In this document: positions 10,464-20,077 of the stretch, piece after piece
How the letters are laid out: every line of letters begins with the position of its first letter
Numbering within the stretch: the stretch's first letter is position 1
From: a virus
Virus record (IMG/VR): IMGVR_UViG_3300020463_003399
Coordinates: 25,561-89,560 of that record
Length of the DNA: 64,000 nt
Strand: one strand, 5' to 3'
Position numbers and translations under genes: made by a program
Notes under the pieces: generated by a model
Database searches by the model: none
What the model was told of the DNA's origin: nothing
What the model saw: the letters and a program-made list of their open reading frames with translations, nothing else

Positions 10464-11909
10464 ATGGCTGTTAATTATTCAACAATCGCAGAAAAAATTA
10501 TGCGTTTTATTCAAGGAAATGGTCTTTCTTTGAAAATGTTTGATTCGTCAAATGGTAAAAGTGTGTCTACTCCAGATGATGCACGATTTTTCTATATCGA
10601 TGAACCAAATATGATGGTAACAATAGACGAATCTTCAAAAGAGATAAAGTTACATTTAGGAGAAGGCGTTGATATTGATAAACCAAAAGCAGAAAAAATA
10701 ATGAACAGTCTTAAAAAACTTTCAAGTGAGTATATGTTAGATTTTGATGTTAGGTCTTTTGGCAAACACATCGAACCAAAAAACTATGCTTACAAATTAG
10801 ACAAAAATAAGGAGCAGACTATGAGTGATGTATTCAATGAAGGTATGTCCAAATTAGAAGGATCTTCACGTACTAGTCGCCAGACACTGGAAAATGTAAG
10901 ACTAATCGTCAAACACCGTGCGCCAGTAAACGAGGAGCAACGTGGAGCACGTTCTCGTAACATTTCATCAATCTTTGTTGAAAATGCAGACGGTGAACGT
11001 TTCAAGTATCCGTTTAAACATTTAAATGGTGCTAGAGCAATGGCGAGACACGTATCACATGGTGGTGTACCTAGCGACATGGTGGGCGAAGCAATTATAG
11101 AACTATCAACTAACTTATCAAAGTTAAAAGAATTTATGAATGTTGTTAATAAGCAATCTCTTATTAATGAAAACAATCGTTCAGTTGTACTAAATGTAAA
11201 ACGTAGAATGGAATCGATTAAAGAATCTATCAAACGTGTACAAGGTGCAAAAGGGTATCAAGCATTTGTTGAAAAACTAGCTATCAAAGAGCAAGAAGAA
11301 AACAAAGCTGAGATTACAGAAGATACAGTAGATAACTACGTTAAAAAATTTACTAAAACAACTTTTGAAGAATCATTAAGAGAAGTTTTACCATTAATTC
11401 ATCGTATCAATGAAGAAGAAATGGAAGATAATCGCATGAATCAAATTCAAACAGTAATGAGCATAATTACTGCAAAGGATAAAAAGACAGGCGACAAAAT
11501 GAATCGTATCTACTTCCCAGGTCGTACTGATGGTTTTGATTTTGATAAAATTAAAAAACAATACGCAGAACCTCGTTCTAAGGATGAAGCAGAAGAACAG
11601 AAGAAAATGAAACTTGCTTTACAGATTGATGATTTAGCACACCGTGTAGACGTTGATGCTAGAGATGACAAGAAACGTAAAAACAAAGGTCATGATAGAG
11701 CGGCTGAATTATCAAACTTCTTAGGTGATGTTGCAGATGATATTCGTGCAGGAACAAACTTAACACAAGACAAATTAAAACTTGCAGGTTATCTTATGAA
11801 GTTATCTAAATCTGCTACAGAAAACGAAGAAGTTCAAGCACAGAACATCGAAGAAAAATTCGATACAATGCTATCAGAAGCATTTTCGAAGTTTGAGATA
11901 CCGGCGTAA
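10464..11909 (+). CDS. Hypothetical protein, probably virion-associated
   Basis: Late promoter at 10434; FVENADGERFKYPFKHLNGARAMARH block; many x-x-E sites. Confidence 0.6.
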   Translation: MAVNYSTIAEKIMRFIQGNGLSLKMFDSSNGKSVSTPDDARFFYIDEPNMMVTIDESSKEIKLHLGEGVDIDKPKAEKIMNSLKKLSSEYMLDFDVRSFGKHIEPKNYAYKLDKNKEQTMSDVFNEGMSKLEGSSRTSRQTLENVRLIVKHRAPVNEEQRGARSRNISSIFVENADGERFKYPFKHLNGARAMARHVSHGGVPSDMVGEAIIELSTNLSKLKEFMNVVNKQSLINENNRSVVLNVKRRMESIKESIKRVQGAKGYQAFVEKLAIKEQEENKAEITEDTVDNYVKKFTKTTFEESLREVLPLIHRINEEEMEDNRMNQIQTVMSIITAKDKKTGDKMNRIYFPGRTDGFDFDKIKKQYAEPRSKDEAEEQKKMKLALQIDDLAHRVDVDARDDKKRKNKGHDRAAELSNFLGDVADDIRAGTNLTQDKLKLAGYLMKLSKSATENEEVQAQNIEEKFDTMLSEAFSKFEIPA

Positions 11910-11914
11910 TAGAT

Positions 11915-12220
11915 ATGATTATAACAATTATTGGTGAGCAAGAGTTTGTTAAAACTACAGAAACTACAGTAAGTGATGCTAAAAGAGTTTATATATCTTG
12001 GGCAAAAGAATCTGTAACTACTGAAGGTAAGTATATCGAACATAAAGAACTTACTGACAAAACTCAGCCATATGACGAATCTACAAATCCATATGTATCA
12101 ATTGGTAAAGTATACATGACTAAAGAGCAACCTATTGTTATAAGAAAGTATCCAACAGACGTTCTTATATCAAACGTAGGATCAAATGTCATATCAGCGA
12201 CACCGATTTTCGATAGATAA
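11915..12220 (+). CDS. Hypothetical protein
   Basis: ORF in the operon, followed by a terminator. Confidence 0.55.
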   Translation: MIITIIGEQEFVKTTETTVSDAKRVYISWAKESVTTEGKYIEHKELTDKTQPYDESTNPYVSIGKVYMTKEQPIVIRKYPTDVLISNVGSNVISATPIFDR

Positions 12221-12242
12221 TATTCAAAAAATTCAATAAAAT

Positions 12243-12268
12243 AGGGGCGTTTTGGCGCCCCTTTTTTT
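12243..12268 (+). terminator. Intrinsic terminator
   Basis: AGGGGCG-TTTTGG-CGCCCCT followed by a T run. Confidence 0.85.
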
Positions 12269-12305
12269 ACCCACAAAAAAATTTCAAAAAATTCGTATTT
12301 AATGC

Positions 12306-12334
12306 TTGACTTTGCATAAAAAGATAAGTATACT
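12306..12334 (+). promoter_or_regulatory. Sigma70-type promoter of the ssb-uvsX operon
   Basis: TTGACT-N17-TATACT. Confidence 0.75.
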
Positions 12335-12414
12335 TAGTACATGTTTGAATATATTTTTGTAATATGTACTCAGGCTAATATAAAACTAATACAGGCTAAT
12401 ATAGGAGAAATATA

Positions 12415-13440
12415 ATGGCAACTTTAGCAGAAATACGTGCAAAACTTCTTGCACAAGACTCTAAATCGGCAGACAATGCCAACGCAAATCGTGGGGTAGA
12501 CGCAATCTATCCTTTCTGGAATATGGATACTGATTCAACATCAGTTATTCGTTTTCTCCCAGATGCGGACAACTCAAATACATTTTTCTGGCGTGAACGT
12601 CAAATCATTAAGATGCAATTCCCTGGTGTAAAAGGTGGGGATACGTCTAAGCCAGTTACTGTACAAGTTCCGTGTGTGGAAATGTGGGGTGACACGTGTC
12701 CAGTTCATGCTGAGATACGTCCTTGGTTCAAAGATCCAGCAATGGAAGACATTGGAAGAAAGTATTGGAAAAAACGTTCATACATCTTTCAAGGTTTTGT
12801 TGTAACGGATCCTATGAATGAGGAAACTCCTGAAAATCCAATACGTAGATTTGTAATTGGACCTCAAATTTTTAAACTTCTTAAATCTGCTCTTATGGAT
12901 CCAGATATGGAAAATCTTCCAACTGACTATGATGCAGGTACAGATTTTCGTTTAACGAAAACTCAAAAAGGTCAATATGCTGACTACTCAACTTCAAATT
13001 GGGCACGTAAAGAACGTTCTCTAAATGAAGAAGAACGTAAAGCTATTGAAACTCATGGGTTATACGACTTAAACGAGTTCATGCCAAAACGTCCTAGTGA
13101 TGAAGACTTACGTATCATCATGGAGATGTTTGAATCATCAGTTGATGGTAACTTGTATGATCCAGAGAAGTTTGGTTCTTATTATAAACCATATGGTTTG
13201 GATTTGGGTAATACAAAATCAACTCCAAAAGCAGAGGCAACAACGAAAGTTGCTGAAACTACTACTGCTCCAGTTCAAGAAACTGCTCCAGTTCAAGAAA
13301 CTCCTGCTCCAAAGGCAGAAGTTAAGGCTGAACCAGCAATGGCTGAGGCAACAACTGCACCAGCAACTGCTAGTGTAAGTAATGGTAGTACAGACGCCGC
13401 TGATATCCTGGCGATGATTAGAAATCGTAAATCTGATTAA
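12415..13440 (+). CDS. Single-stranded DNA-binding protein (T4 gp32-like)
   Basis: IRFLPD, C-x7-CPVH Zn ligands, GTDFRLTK, YADYSTSNW; acidic/Ala-rich tail. Confidence 0.9.
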   Translation: MATLAEIRAKLLAQDSKSADNANANRGVDAIYPFWNMDTDSTSVIRFLPDADNSNTFFWRERQIIKMQFPGVKGGDTSKPVTVQVPCVEMWGDTCPVHAEIRPWFKDPAMEDIGRKYWKKRSYIFQGFVVTDPMNEETPENPIRRFVIGPQIFKLLKSALMDPDMENLPTDYDAGTDFRLTKTQKGQYADYSTSNWARKERSLNEEERKAIETHGLYDLNEFMPKRPSDEDLRIIMEMFESSVDGNLYDPEKFGSYYKPYGLDLGNTKSTPKAEATTKVAETTTAPVQETAPVQETPAPKAEVKAEPAMAEATTAPATASVSNGSTDAADILAMIRNRKSD

Positions 13441-13497
13441 ATCATCAATTAACTTAAGAGGGAGGGAAACCTCCCTCTACTATAAAAGGAGTAAAAG

Positions 13498-14589
13498 ATG
13501 CCAAGAGCATTTGATGTAAGTAAATTTAGAAAGAGCATAACAAAATCGGTACCCGGTGTTAGTGCAGGATTTCGTGATCCAGATACATGGGTATCAACAG
13601 GCAATTATTGTCTAAACAGATTAATTAGTGGAGACTTTCATAAAGGTGTTCCATTAGGAAAAGTAACAGTACTAGCAGGCGAAAGTGGTGCAGGTAAATC
13701 ATTTATTGCCGCAGGTAATGTTGTTAGAAATGCACAACAAAAAGGTATATACGTAATTCTTATCGATAGTGAGAATGCGTTAGATGAAAAATGGCTACAT
13801 GCGTTAGATGTAGATACAAGTGAAGATAAGTTATTGAAATTAAATGTAGCAATGATTGATGAAGTTGCTAAGATTATTAGTGATTTCATGAAAGGTTACA
13901 AAGACGATTACGCAGATGCAGATGATGAAGATAGACCAAAAGTACTCTTTGTACTTGATTCGCTTGGAATGATGTTAACACCAACAGATGTTGACCAATT
14001 CAATAAAGGTGATATGAAAGGTGATATGGGTCGTAAACCTAAGGCACTGGCGGCACTTGTAAGAAATTGTGTTAATATGTTTGGTGATTATAATGTAGGT
14101 ATGGTTGCAACAAATCATACATATGCATCACAAGATATGTTTGACCCTGATGATAAAATTTCAGGTGGTCAAGGATTTATCTATGCGAGTTCGATTGTTG
14201 TTGCAATGAAAAAACTAAAATTAAAAGAAGACGAGGCAGGTAATAAAATTTCAGAAGTACGTGGTATTAGAGCCGCTTGTAAAGTTATGAAAACTCGTTA
14301 TTCAAAACCTTTTGAAGGTGTGCAAGTAAAAATTCCATACGAAACAGGAATGGATCCGTATAGCGGTCTAGTTGATTTCTTTGAATCAAAAGGTGTTCTT
14401 GTAAAGTCTGGTAATAAACTTGCTTATACAACTTCATCAGGTGAGATAATGTCAGAGTTCAGAAAAAACTGGACAGGTGATAAACTTGATGTTATCATGA
14501 AAGAATGGGGAACAAAAGATTTCTACGATGAATCAGAAGAACTAGAGACTCTAGTAGAAGAAAAATTAGAAGTAAAAGAGGAAGCATAA
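13498..14589 (+). CDS. uvsX: RecA-like recombinase UvsX
   Basis: AGESGAGKS Walker A, IDSENA, VLDSLG, TNHTY, SGGQG. Confidence 0.93.
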   Translation: MPRAFDVSKFRKSITKSVPGVSAGFRDPDTWVSTGNYCLNRLISGDFHKGVPLGKVTVLAGESGAGKSFIAAGNVVRNAQQKGIYVILIDSENALDEKWLHALDVDTSEDKLLKLNVAMIDEVAKIISDFMKGYKDDYADADDEDRPKVLFVLDSLGMMLTPTDVDQFNKGDMKGDMGRKPKALAALVRNCVNMFGDYNVGMVATNHTYASQDMFDPDDKISGGQGFIYASSIVVAMKKLKLKEDEAGNKISEVRGIRAACKVMKTRYSKPFEGVQVKIPYETGMDPYSGLVDFFESKGVLVKSGNKLAYTTSSGEIMSEFRKNWTGDKLDVIMKEWGTKDFYDESEELETLVEEKLEVKEEA

Positions 14590-15035
14590 TGAGTAAATAT
14601 TTTTCGACTAAGTGTTATGGGCATAACATCGGACTAAGTGCGGTGTTTAGACAGCCATTAGCACACTCACATTGTAAACTATTACATGGATATAGTTTAT
14701 CATTTAAATTCACATTTGGTTGTGATGAACTTGATGAACGTAATTGGGTAGTAGATTTTGGTGGACTTAAGCCTCTTAAAGCATGGCTTGAAGATACTTT
14801 TGACCACAAGGTTGTAATTGATGTAAATGATCCTAAAAAAAATGATTTACTATTACTAGAGACTCAAGGTCTTGCAAGTATTGTACAACTTGATGGTGTG
14901 GGGGTCGAAAAGTTTTCTGAACATGCTTGGCGAAAGGCAGACGAGTTAGTAAGGAAAATGACAGATAATCGATGTAGATGTATTCGGGTTGAATGTGCAG
15001 AACATGGCGCAAACTCGGCAATTTATGAGGTGTAA
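14589..15035 (+). CDS. queD: 6-carboxy-5,6,7,8-tetrahydropterin synthase
   Basis: HCKLLHGY, VVDFGGLK, FDH and C-terminal ECAEHGANSA T-fold motifs. Confidence 0.85.
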   Translation: MSKYFSTKCYGHNIGLSAVFRQPLAHSHCKLLHGYSLSFKFTFGCDELDERNWVVDFGGLKPLKAWLEDTFDHKVVIDVNDPKKNDLLLLETQGLASIVQLDGVGVEKFSEHAWRKADELVRKMTDNRCRCIRVECAEHGANSAIYEV

Positions 15036-15260
15036 ATGTCTTCTATTGATATTGAAACAGTATTTGAATTATGGGAAAGAATAAAACCATGTGTACCAGC
15101 AAAAGACAAATTAGAAGTTGCAGAAATTTTTATTAAGGTAACAGACGAGGCTGGTGTACCAAAAGAAGATATAGAAGATTTAGTATCGCAAGATAAAATA
15201 TTAGAAGAGGCATTTGACCGATACTATGAAGATGATTATGAAGAAGAAGAGGAATGGTAG
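15036..15260 (+). CDS. Small acidic hypothetical protein
   Basis: SD GAGG; lies in the operon. Confidence 0.6.
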   Translation: MSSIDIETVFELWERIKPCVPAKDKLEVAEIFIKVTDEAGVPKEDIEDLVSQDKILEEAFDRYYEDDYEEEEEW

Positions 15261-15263
15261 TTT

Positions 15264-15731
15264 ATGAATTGGTATAGCGAAGTTGTAAAAAATTGGGGTA
15301 AGATTCCTGATATGGTTGATTTCTATGCTAATGAGTTATTAGAGGCTAGAAAAGAAGTCAAAATATATGGCAATGTGGAAAAGAACTCCACACAACTTCC
15401 TGCATATGTTGAACTACGATTTTCTCAATTACAAGAACTAGAGGCAGTACTAGAGCATCTTAATATTCAGTTACGAAAGAAAAGAAGTGAATACTTGAGA
15501 AAGTATCTAGAGAACTATAATAAGGCTCTCAGTTCACGTGATGCAGAGAAGTATGCAGATGGTGAGCAAGAAGTCGTAGCGATAAGTGAATTGATTAATC
15601 AAGTTGCTTATACAAGAAACCAATTCTTAGGTATAACTAAGGGATTTGAGATTAAACATTTTCAGTTAACCAACATAATTAAACTACGGGTTGCAGGAAT
15701 GGAAGATGCTGAAATAAACAATAGACATTAA
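15264..15731 (+). CDS. uvsY: Recombination mediator, UvsY-like
   Basis: Helical protein with ALSSRDAEKYADGE; located near uvsX. Confidence 0.7.
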   Translation: MNWYSEVVKNWGKIPDMVDFYANELLEARKEVKIYGNVEKNSTQLPAYVELRFSQLQELEAVLEHLNIQLRKKRSEYLRKYLENYNKALSSRDAEKYADGEQEVVAISELINQVAYTRNQFLGITKGFEIKHFQLTNIIKLRVAGMEDAEINNRH

Positions 15732-15788
15732 GAATCTTGTATCTTGGTTAAATACAAGACCATGATAGAAAGAGGATAGGGAGATAGA

Positions 15789-18092
15789 ATGACACAAATT
15801 CAAGTAGAAAAAAGGGACGGTAAAAGAGAACCGTTAGACTTGGAAAAAATGCACAAAGTGGTTATGTTTGCATGTGAAGACATTACTGGTGTTAGTGCAA
15901 GTGAAGTAGAATTAAAGTCTCATATACAATTTTATGATGGTATTAAAAGCGAAGAAGTACAAGAGACACTAATCAAAGCGGCATCCGATTTGATTTCAGA
16001 AGAAACACCCAACTATCAATGGGTCGCAGGAAATCTAGTTAATTATCATATTAGAAAAATGGTATATGGTGATTTTGAGCCTTGGCATATTCTAAAGGTT
16101 GTAGAAGCAAACGTCAAGGAAGGCTTTTATGATTCAGCATTACTAGAAGATTATTCTAAAGAAGAATGGGAAAAGATTAACGGATTTATTAAACATGAAA
16201 GAGATTTTGAAATTGCTTACGTAGGTATGGAGCAGTTTCGTGGTAAATATCTAGTACAAAATAGAGTTACTGGAAGATTATATGAAACTCCCCAAGTAAC
16301 ATATATTCTTATTGCGGCTACATTGTTTTGTTCTTATCCAAGAGAAATCAGATTGAAATATGTTAAAGATTACTATGATGCGATTAGTACCTTTGATATT
16401 TCTTTACCAACTCCTGTTATGGCAGGCGTCAGAACCCCTCAAAGACAATTTTCGTCTTGTGTTTTAATTGAGACAGATGACTCACTTGATTCTATAAATG
16501 CTACCGCAAGTTCAGTTGTTAAATATGTTTCACAAAAAGCAGGTATCGGTATTGGTGCAGGTAGTATTCGTGCTATCAATTCGCCAATTCGAAATGGTGA
16601 TGCCAGTCATACAGGAGTTATTCCTTTTTATAAACTATTTCAAGCAAGTGTAAAATCTTGCTCACAAGGTGGAGTACGTGGTGGTGCCGCTACTTTATAT
16701 TATCCAATTTGGCATTTGGAAGCAGAAGATTTACTTGTTCTAAAGAACAACAAAGGCACAGAAGATAATCGTGTACGTCATATGGATTATGGTGTACAGT
16801 TCAATAAACTTATGTACGAAAGATTGATTGCTGGTGAAGACATTACATTGTTTTCTCCAAGTGATGTTCCAGGTCTTTACACTGCTTTTTTTGAAGACCA
16901 AGATAAGTTTAGAGAATTATATGAAAAAGCAGAACGTAATAAAAAGTTAAGAAAGAAAGTTATACCTGCTATTGAATTGTTTTCAATCTTTATGAATGAA
17001 AGAAAGAATACAGGAAGAATTTATTTGATGAATGTAGACCATGCAAATGACCATGGTTCATTCTTACCAGAAGTTGCACCAATTAGACAATCAAATCTTT
17101 GTTGTGAAATTAATCTACCAACAAAACCATTAACACATATAGGTTGTGATGAAGGCGAGATTTCATTGTGTACATTGAGTGCTATTAATTGGGGTAATAT
17201 CAAAGATCCAGGTGATTTTAAAAAGCCATGTGATTTAGCAGTACGAGGACTTGATGCATTATTAGATTATCAAAAGTATCCTGTACTTGCGGCTGAGTTA
17301 TCTACTAATAACAGAAGACCTCTTGGTATTGGTATTATTAATTTTGCCTATTGGTTAGCTAAAAATGATACAAACTATTCAGATCCAGATTTACAATTAG
17401 TAGATGAATGGGCTGAGGCTTGGTCTTATTATCTGATTAAAGCATCTAATGAACTAGCAAGAGAAAAAGGTGCATGTCCTAAGACAAAAGAAACAAGATA
17501 TGGACAAGGCATCGTTCCTATGGATACACGTAAAGTTGAAGTAGATGAACTAGTAAAACACAAAGAAAGAAGAAAATGGAAAGAGTTACGCAAAAGTCTA
17601 GCAGACTATGGTATACGTAATTCAACTCTGATGGCTCTTATGCCTGCTGAAACATCAGCACAGATTTCAAATTCAACCAACGGTATAGAACCGCCAAGAA
17701 GCTATGTCAGTGTGAAGCAGTCAAAACACGGCGTTTTAAAGCAAGTTGTACCAGGGATTCACAAGTTAAAGAATAAATACGAGTTACTATGGGATCAAAA
17801 GTCTCCTGAAGGATACTTAAAGATTATGGCTGTTTTACAGAAATACATAGACCAAGGTATTAGTGTAAATACAAGTTATAACCCAATCTTTTATGAAGAC
17901 GAAAAGATTCCAATGAGTGTAATGTTACAACACCTTGTTATGTTTTACAAATACGGTGGTAAACAGTTATACTATTTTAATACTTTCGACGGACAAGGTG
18001 AAATTGATGTCAGTAAAGAAGGTATGAAAACAAGAGAAGAATTCGATACACAGGAGCAATATGATGATTATTGTGAAAGTTGTACGATTTAA
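15789..18092 (+). CDS. nrdA: Ribonucleotide reductase class Ia alpha subunit
   Basis: ATP cone VEKRDG, QFSSC, SNLCCEI, C-terminal CESC. Confidence 0.97.
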   Translation: MTQIQVEKRDGKREPLDLEKMHKVVMFACEDITGVSASEVELKSHIQFYDGIKSEEVQETLIKAASDLISEETPNYQWVAGNLVNYHIRKMVYGDFEPWHILKVVEANVKEGFYDSALLEDYSKEEWEKINGFIKHERDFEIAYVGMEQFRGKYLVQNRVTGRLYETPQVTYILIAATLFCSYPREIRLKYVKDYYDAISTFDISLPTPVMAGVRTPQRQFSSCVLIETDDSLDSINATASSVVKYVSQKAGIGIGAGSIRAINSPIRNGDASHTGVIPFYKLFQASVKSCSQGGVRGGAATLYYPIWHLEAEDLLVLKNNKGTEDNRVRHMDYGVQFNKLMYERLIAGEDITLFSPSDVPGLYTAFFEDQDKFRELYEKAERNKKLRKKVIPAIELFSIFMNERKNTGRIYLMNVDHANDHGSFLPEVAPIRQSNLCCEINLPTKPLTHIGCDEGEISLCTLSAINWGNIKDPGDFKKPCDLAVRGLDALLDYQKYPVLAAELSTNNRRPLGIGIINFAYWLAKNDTNYSDPDLQLVDEWAEAWSYYLIKASNELAREKGACPKTKETRYGQGIVPMDTRKVEVDELVKHKERRKWKELRKSLADYGIRNSTLMALMPAETSAQISNSTNGIEPPRSYVSVKQSKHGVLKQVVPGIHKLKNKYELLWDQKSPEGYLKIMAVLQKYIDQGISVNTSYNPIFYEDEKIPMSVMLQHLVMFYKYGGKQLYYFNTFDGQGEIDVSKEGMKTREEFDTQEQYDDYCESCTI

Positions 18093-18691
18093 TGAACGAA
18101 GAATGGAGAAAAGAAAGTAGACTTTGTTATAGACCTGTCTGGCACAATAGCAATCATCCATGGGCAAAACGTCCAGATTTAAGTCATAGATTAGGATGGT
18201 TTAAGACTTGTGAACATACAAATGAAGAAGAACATTTAGGAGACACGTTTTATAATAACTTAGATAAAGTTTTTAATTTTGTAGATTTAAAAGTATCTAA
18301 TAAAGTAAAATTTGAAAACTATGAAAAGTTTTTAAAAACATGGGTCAAAAGAGCAAATATAAGAGTATGCATGTTGCATATTTCAAATAATAACTTAGAC
18401 GAAGATTTACTTGATTGTACATACTGGAAAGAGATTGTAGAATACTTAACCAAAAATGTACGAAATAAATGGATGCTAGAAATAGCAAACAAAAGAACAG
18501 AATTAAGCTACAAGCCAGTGGATCCTGGTTTGTTGAAAATGTATAGAGATTGTGGAAACCTGATTTTCATGTCAGTTAGACAAGAAGTATATGATTTAAA
18601 AAGAGCGGTTGATAAGACTCCTTTCCAAATAACGGAATCAATAATCAACTTTAAAGATAGAGTACCCAAGGAGTTTTGGGGTAATTTTTGA
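18092..18691 (+). CDS. Hypothetical protein between nrdA and nrdB
   Basis: ~200 aa ORF; ATG overlaps the nrdA stop (TAATG). Confidence 0.6.
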   Translation: MNEEWRKESRLCYRPVWHNSNHPWAKRPDLSHRLGWFKTCEHTNEEEHLGDTFYNNLDKVFNFVDLKVSNKVKFENYEKFLKTWVKRANIRVCMLHISNNNLDEDLLDCTYWKEIVEYLTKNVRNKWMLEIANKRTELSYKPVDPGLLKMYRDCGNLIFMSVRQEVYDLKRAVDKTPFQITESIINFKDRVPKEFWGNF

Positions 18692-18719
18692 GAAAGAAGT
18701 AAAATAGGAAATAAAAAAA

Positions 18720-19850
18720 ATGTCAGTATTCAATTCAGAAAATAAAGCGGATCACACAAAGGCGTTAGCATTTTTGGATCCATCAGGTGGCGTAACTATT
18801 CAAAGATATGATATGCTAAAATATAAACAGTTCGATAAGCTAACTGATAAGCAGTTAGGTTTCTTTTGGAGACCAGAAGAAGTAGATGTTTTAAAAGATG
18901 CAAACGATTTTAAAAATCTAACAGAACATGAAAAACATATCTTTACTTCAAATCTAAAAAGACAAATTCTTTTAGATTCAGTACAAGGTAGAGCACCTGT
19001 TGAGGCATTTTCACCTATTGTTTCTATTCCAGAATTAGAGGCATGGATTCAAACTTGGACATTTAGTGAAACAATTCATTCACGTTCATACACACATATT
19101 ATTCGAAATGTATATGCTGACCCATCAAAAATCTTTGACGAAATGATGGACATTAACGAAATTATGGATTGTGCGGATGATATTTCTAAAAACTACGATG
19201 AATTGATTGAAATGACTAGTTACTTCAATTTATTAGGTGAAGGTACTCATACTGTAAATGGTAAAAAGGTAAAAATATCAAAATACGAAATTAAAAAATC
19301 TCTTTATAAAACTCTTATGAGTGTTAATATTCTTGAAGGTGTTCGTTTTTATGTTTCATTTGCTTGTAGTTGGGCGTTTGCTGAACTTAAGAAAATGGAA
19401 GGTAATGCAAAGATTATTAAACTTATTGCACGTGACGAAAACTTACACTTAGCAAGTACTCAAACACTCTTAAAACTACTTCCAAAAGATGATCCAGATT
19501 ACATCAAAATTGCAAAAGAAACAGAAGAAGAATGTATTAAAATGTTTGTAGATGCAGTAGAACAAGAAAAAGCATGGGCTGAATATCTATTTAAAGATGG
19601 CTCAATGATTGGTCTAAATACGGCACTTTTAAATGAATATATTGAATGGATTTGTTGTAAACGTATGACGGCAATTGGTCTAAAATGTCCATATAAAGTC
19701 ACACAAGCTAACCCATTACCTTGGACACAAAAGTGGATTGCAGGTGCAGAAGTACAAGTTGCTCCTCAAGAGACAGAAATTTCAAGTTATGTTATTGGTG
19801 GTGTAAAACAAGATGTTGATAAAAAGACATTTGGCGGTCTTTCTCTCTAA
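18720..19850 (+). CDS. nrdB: Ribonucleotide reductase class Ia beta subunit
   Basis: FFWRPEE, ETIHSRSY, LEGVRFY, RDENLH, VAPQETE. Confidence 0.97.
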   Translation: MSVFNSENKADHTKALAFLDPSGGVTIQRYDMLKYKQFDKLTDKQLGFFWRPEEVDVLKDANDFKNLTEHEKHIFTSNLKRQILLDSVQGRAPVEAFSPIVSIPELEAWIQTWTFSETIHSRSYTHIIRNVYADPSKIFDEMMDINEIMDCADDISKNYDELIEMTSYFNLLGEGTHTVNGKKVKISKYEIKKSLYKTLMSVNILEGVRFYVSFACSWAFAELKKMEGNAKIIKLIARDENLHLASTQTLLKLLPKDDPDYIKIAKETEEECIKMFVDAVEQEKAWAEYLFKDGSMIGLNTALLNEYIEWICCKRMTAIGLKCPYKVTQANPLPWTQKWIAGAEVQVAPQETEISSYVIGGVKQDVDKKTFGGLSL

Positions 19851-19966
19851 CGAGTCATCTTAATACACAACATTACAAATAAGATTAAACTTATTATTAC
19901 AAGTATTCCCATAGCCATTCCTATGACTAGGGAAAACTGGTCTAAGTGGTTAACAAGATTCGCCAT
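19847..19966 (-). CDS. Unannotated 39-aa single-TM peptide MANLVNHLDQFSLVIGMAMGILVIISLILFVMLCIKMTR
   Basis: Exact TATAAATA (19988-19995, -), SD GGAG, long hydrophobic stretch. Confidence 0.65.
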   Translation of the reverse strand: MANLVNHLDQFSLVIGMAMGILVIISLILFVMLCIKMTR

Positions 19967-20025
19967 ATCCAAGATTCTCCATATCCCTATTTATAAAAGC
20001 TAGGGATTCCAACGAAAATTAAAAC

Positions 20026-20054
20026 TTGACAGATCCTTTGATTTATGATATTCT
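20026..20054 (+). promoter_or_regulatory. Early sigma70 promoter, copy 1 of AAAACTTGACAGA
   Basis: TTGACA-N17-TATTCT with TG; related copies at 20729 and 22111. Confidence 0.75.
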
Positions 20055-20077
20055 ATACCATAAGAAAAGGAGGTACT

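Noticed and set aside
13261-13310. 18-nt tandem repeat in the ssb gene
   Set aside because: Encodes a low-complexity linker (TAPVQE x2); ordinary slippage
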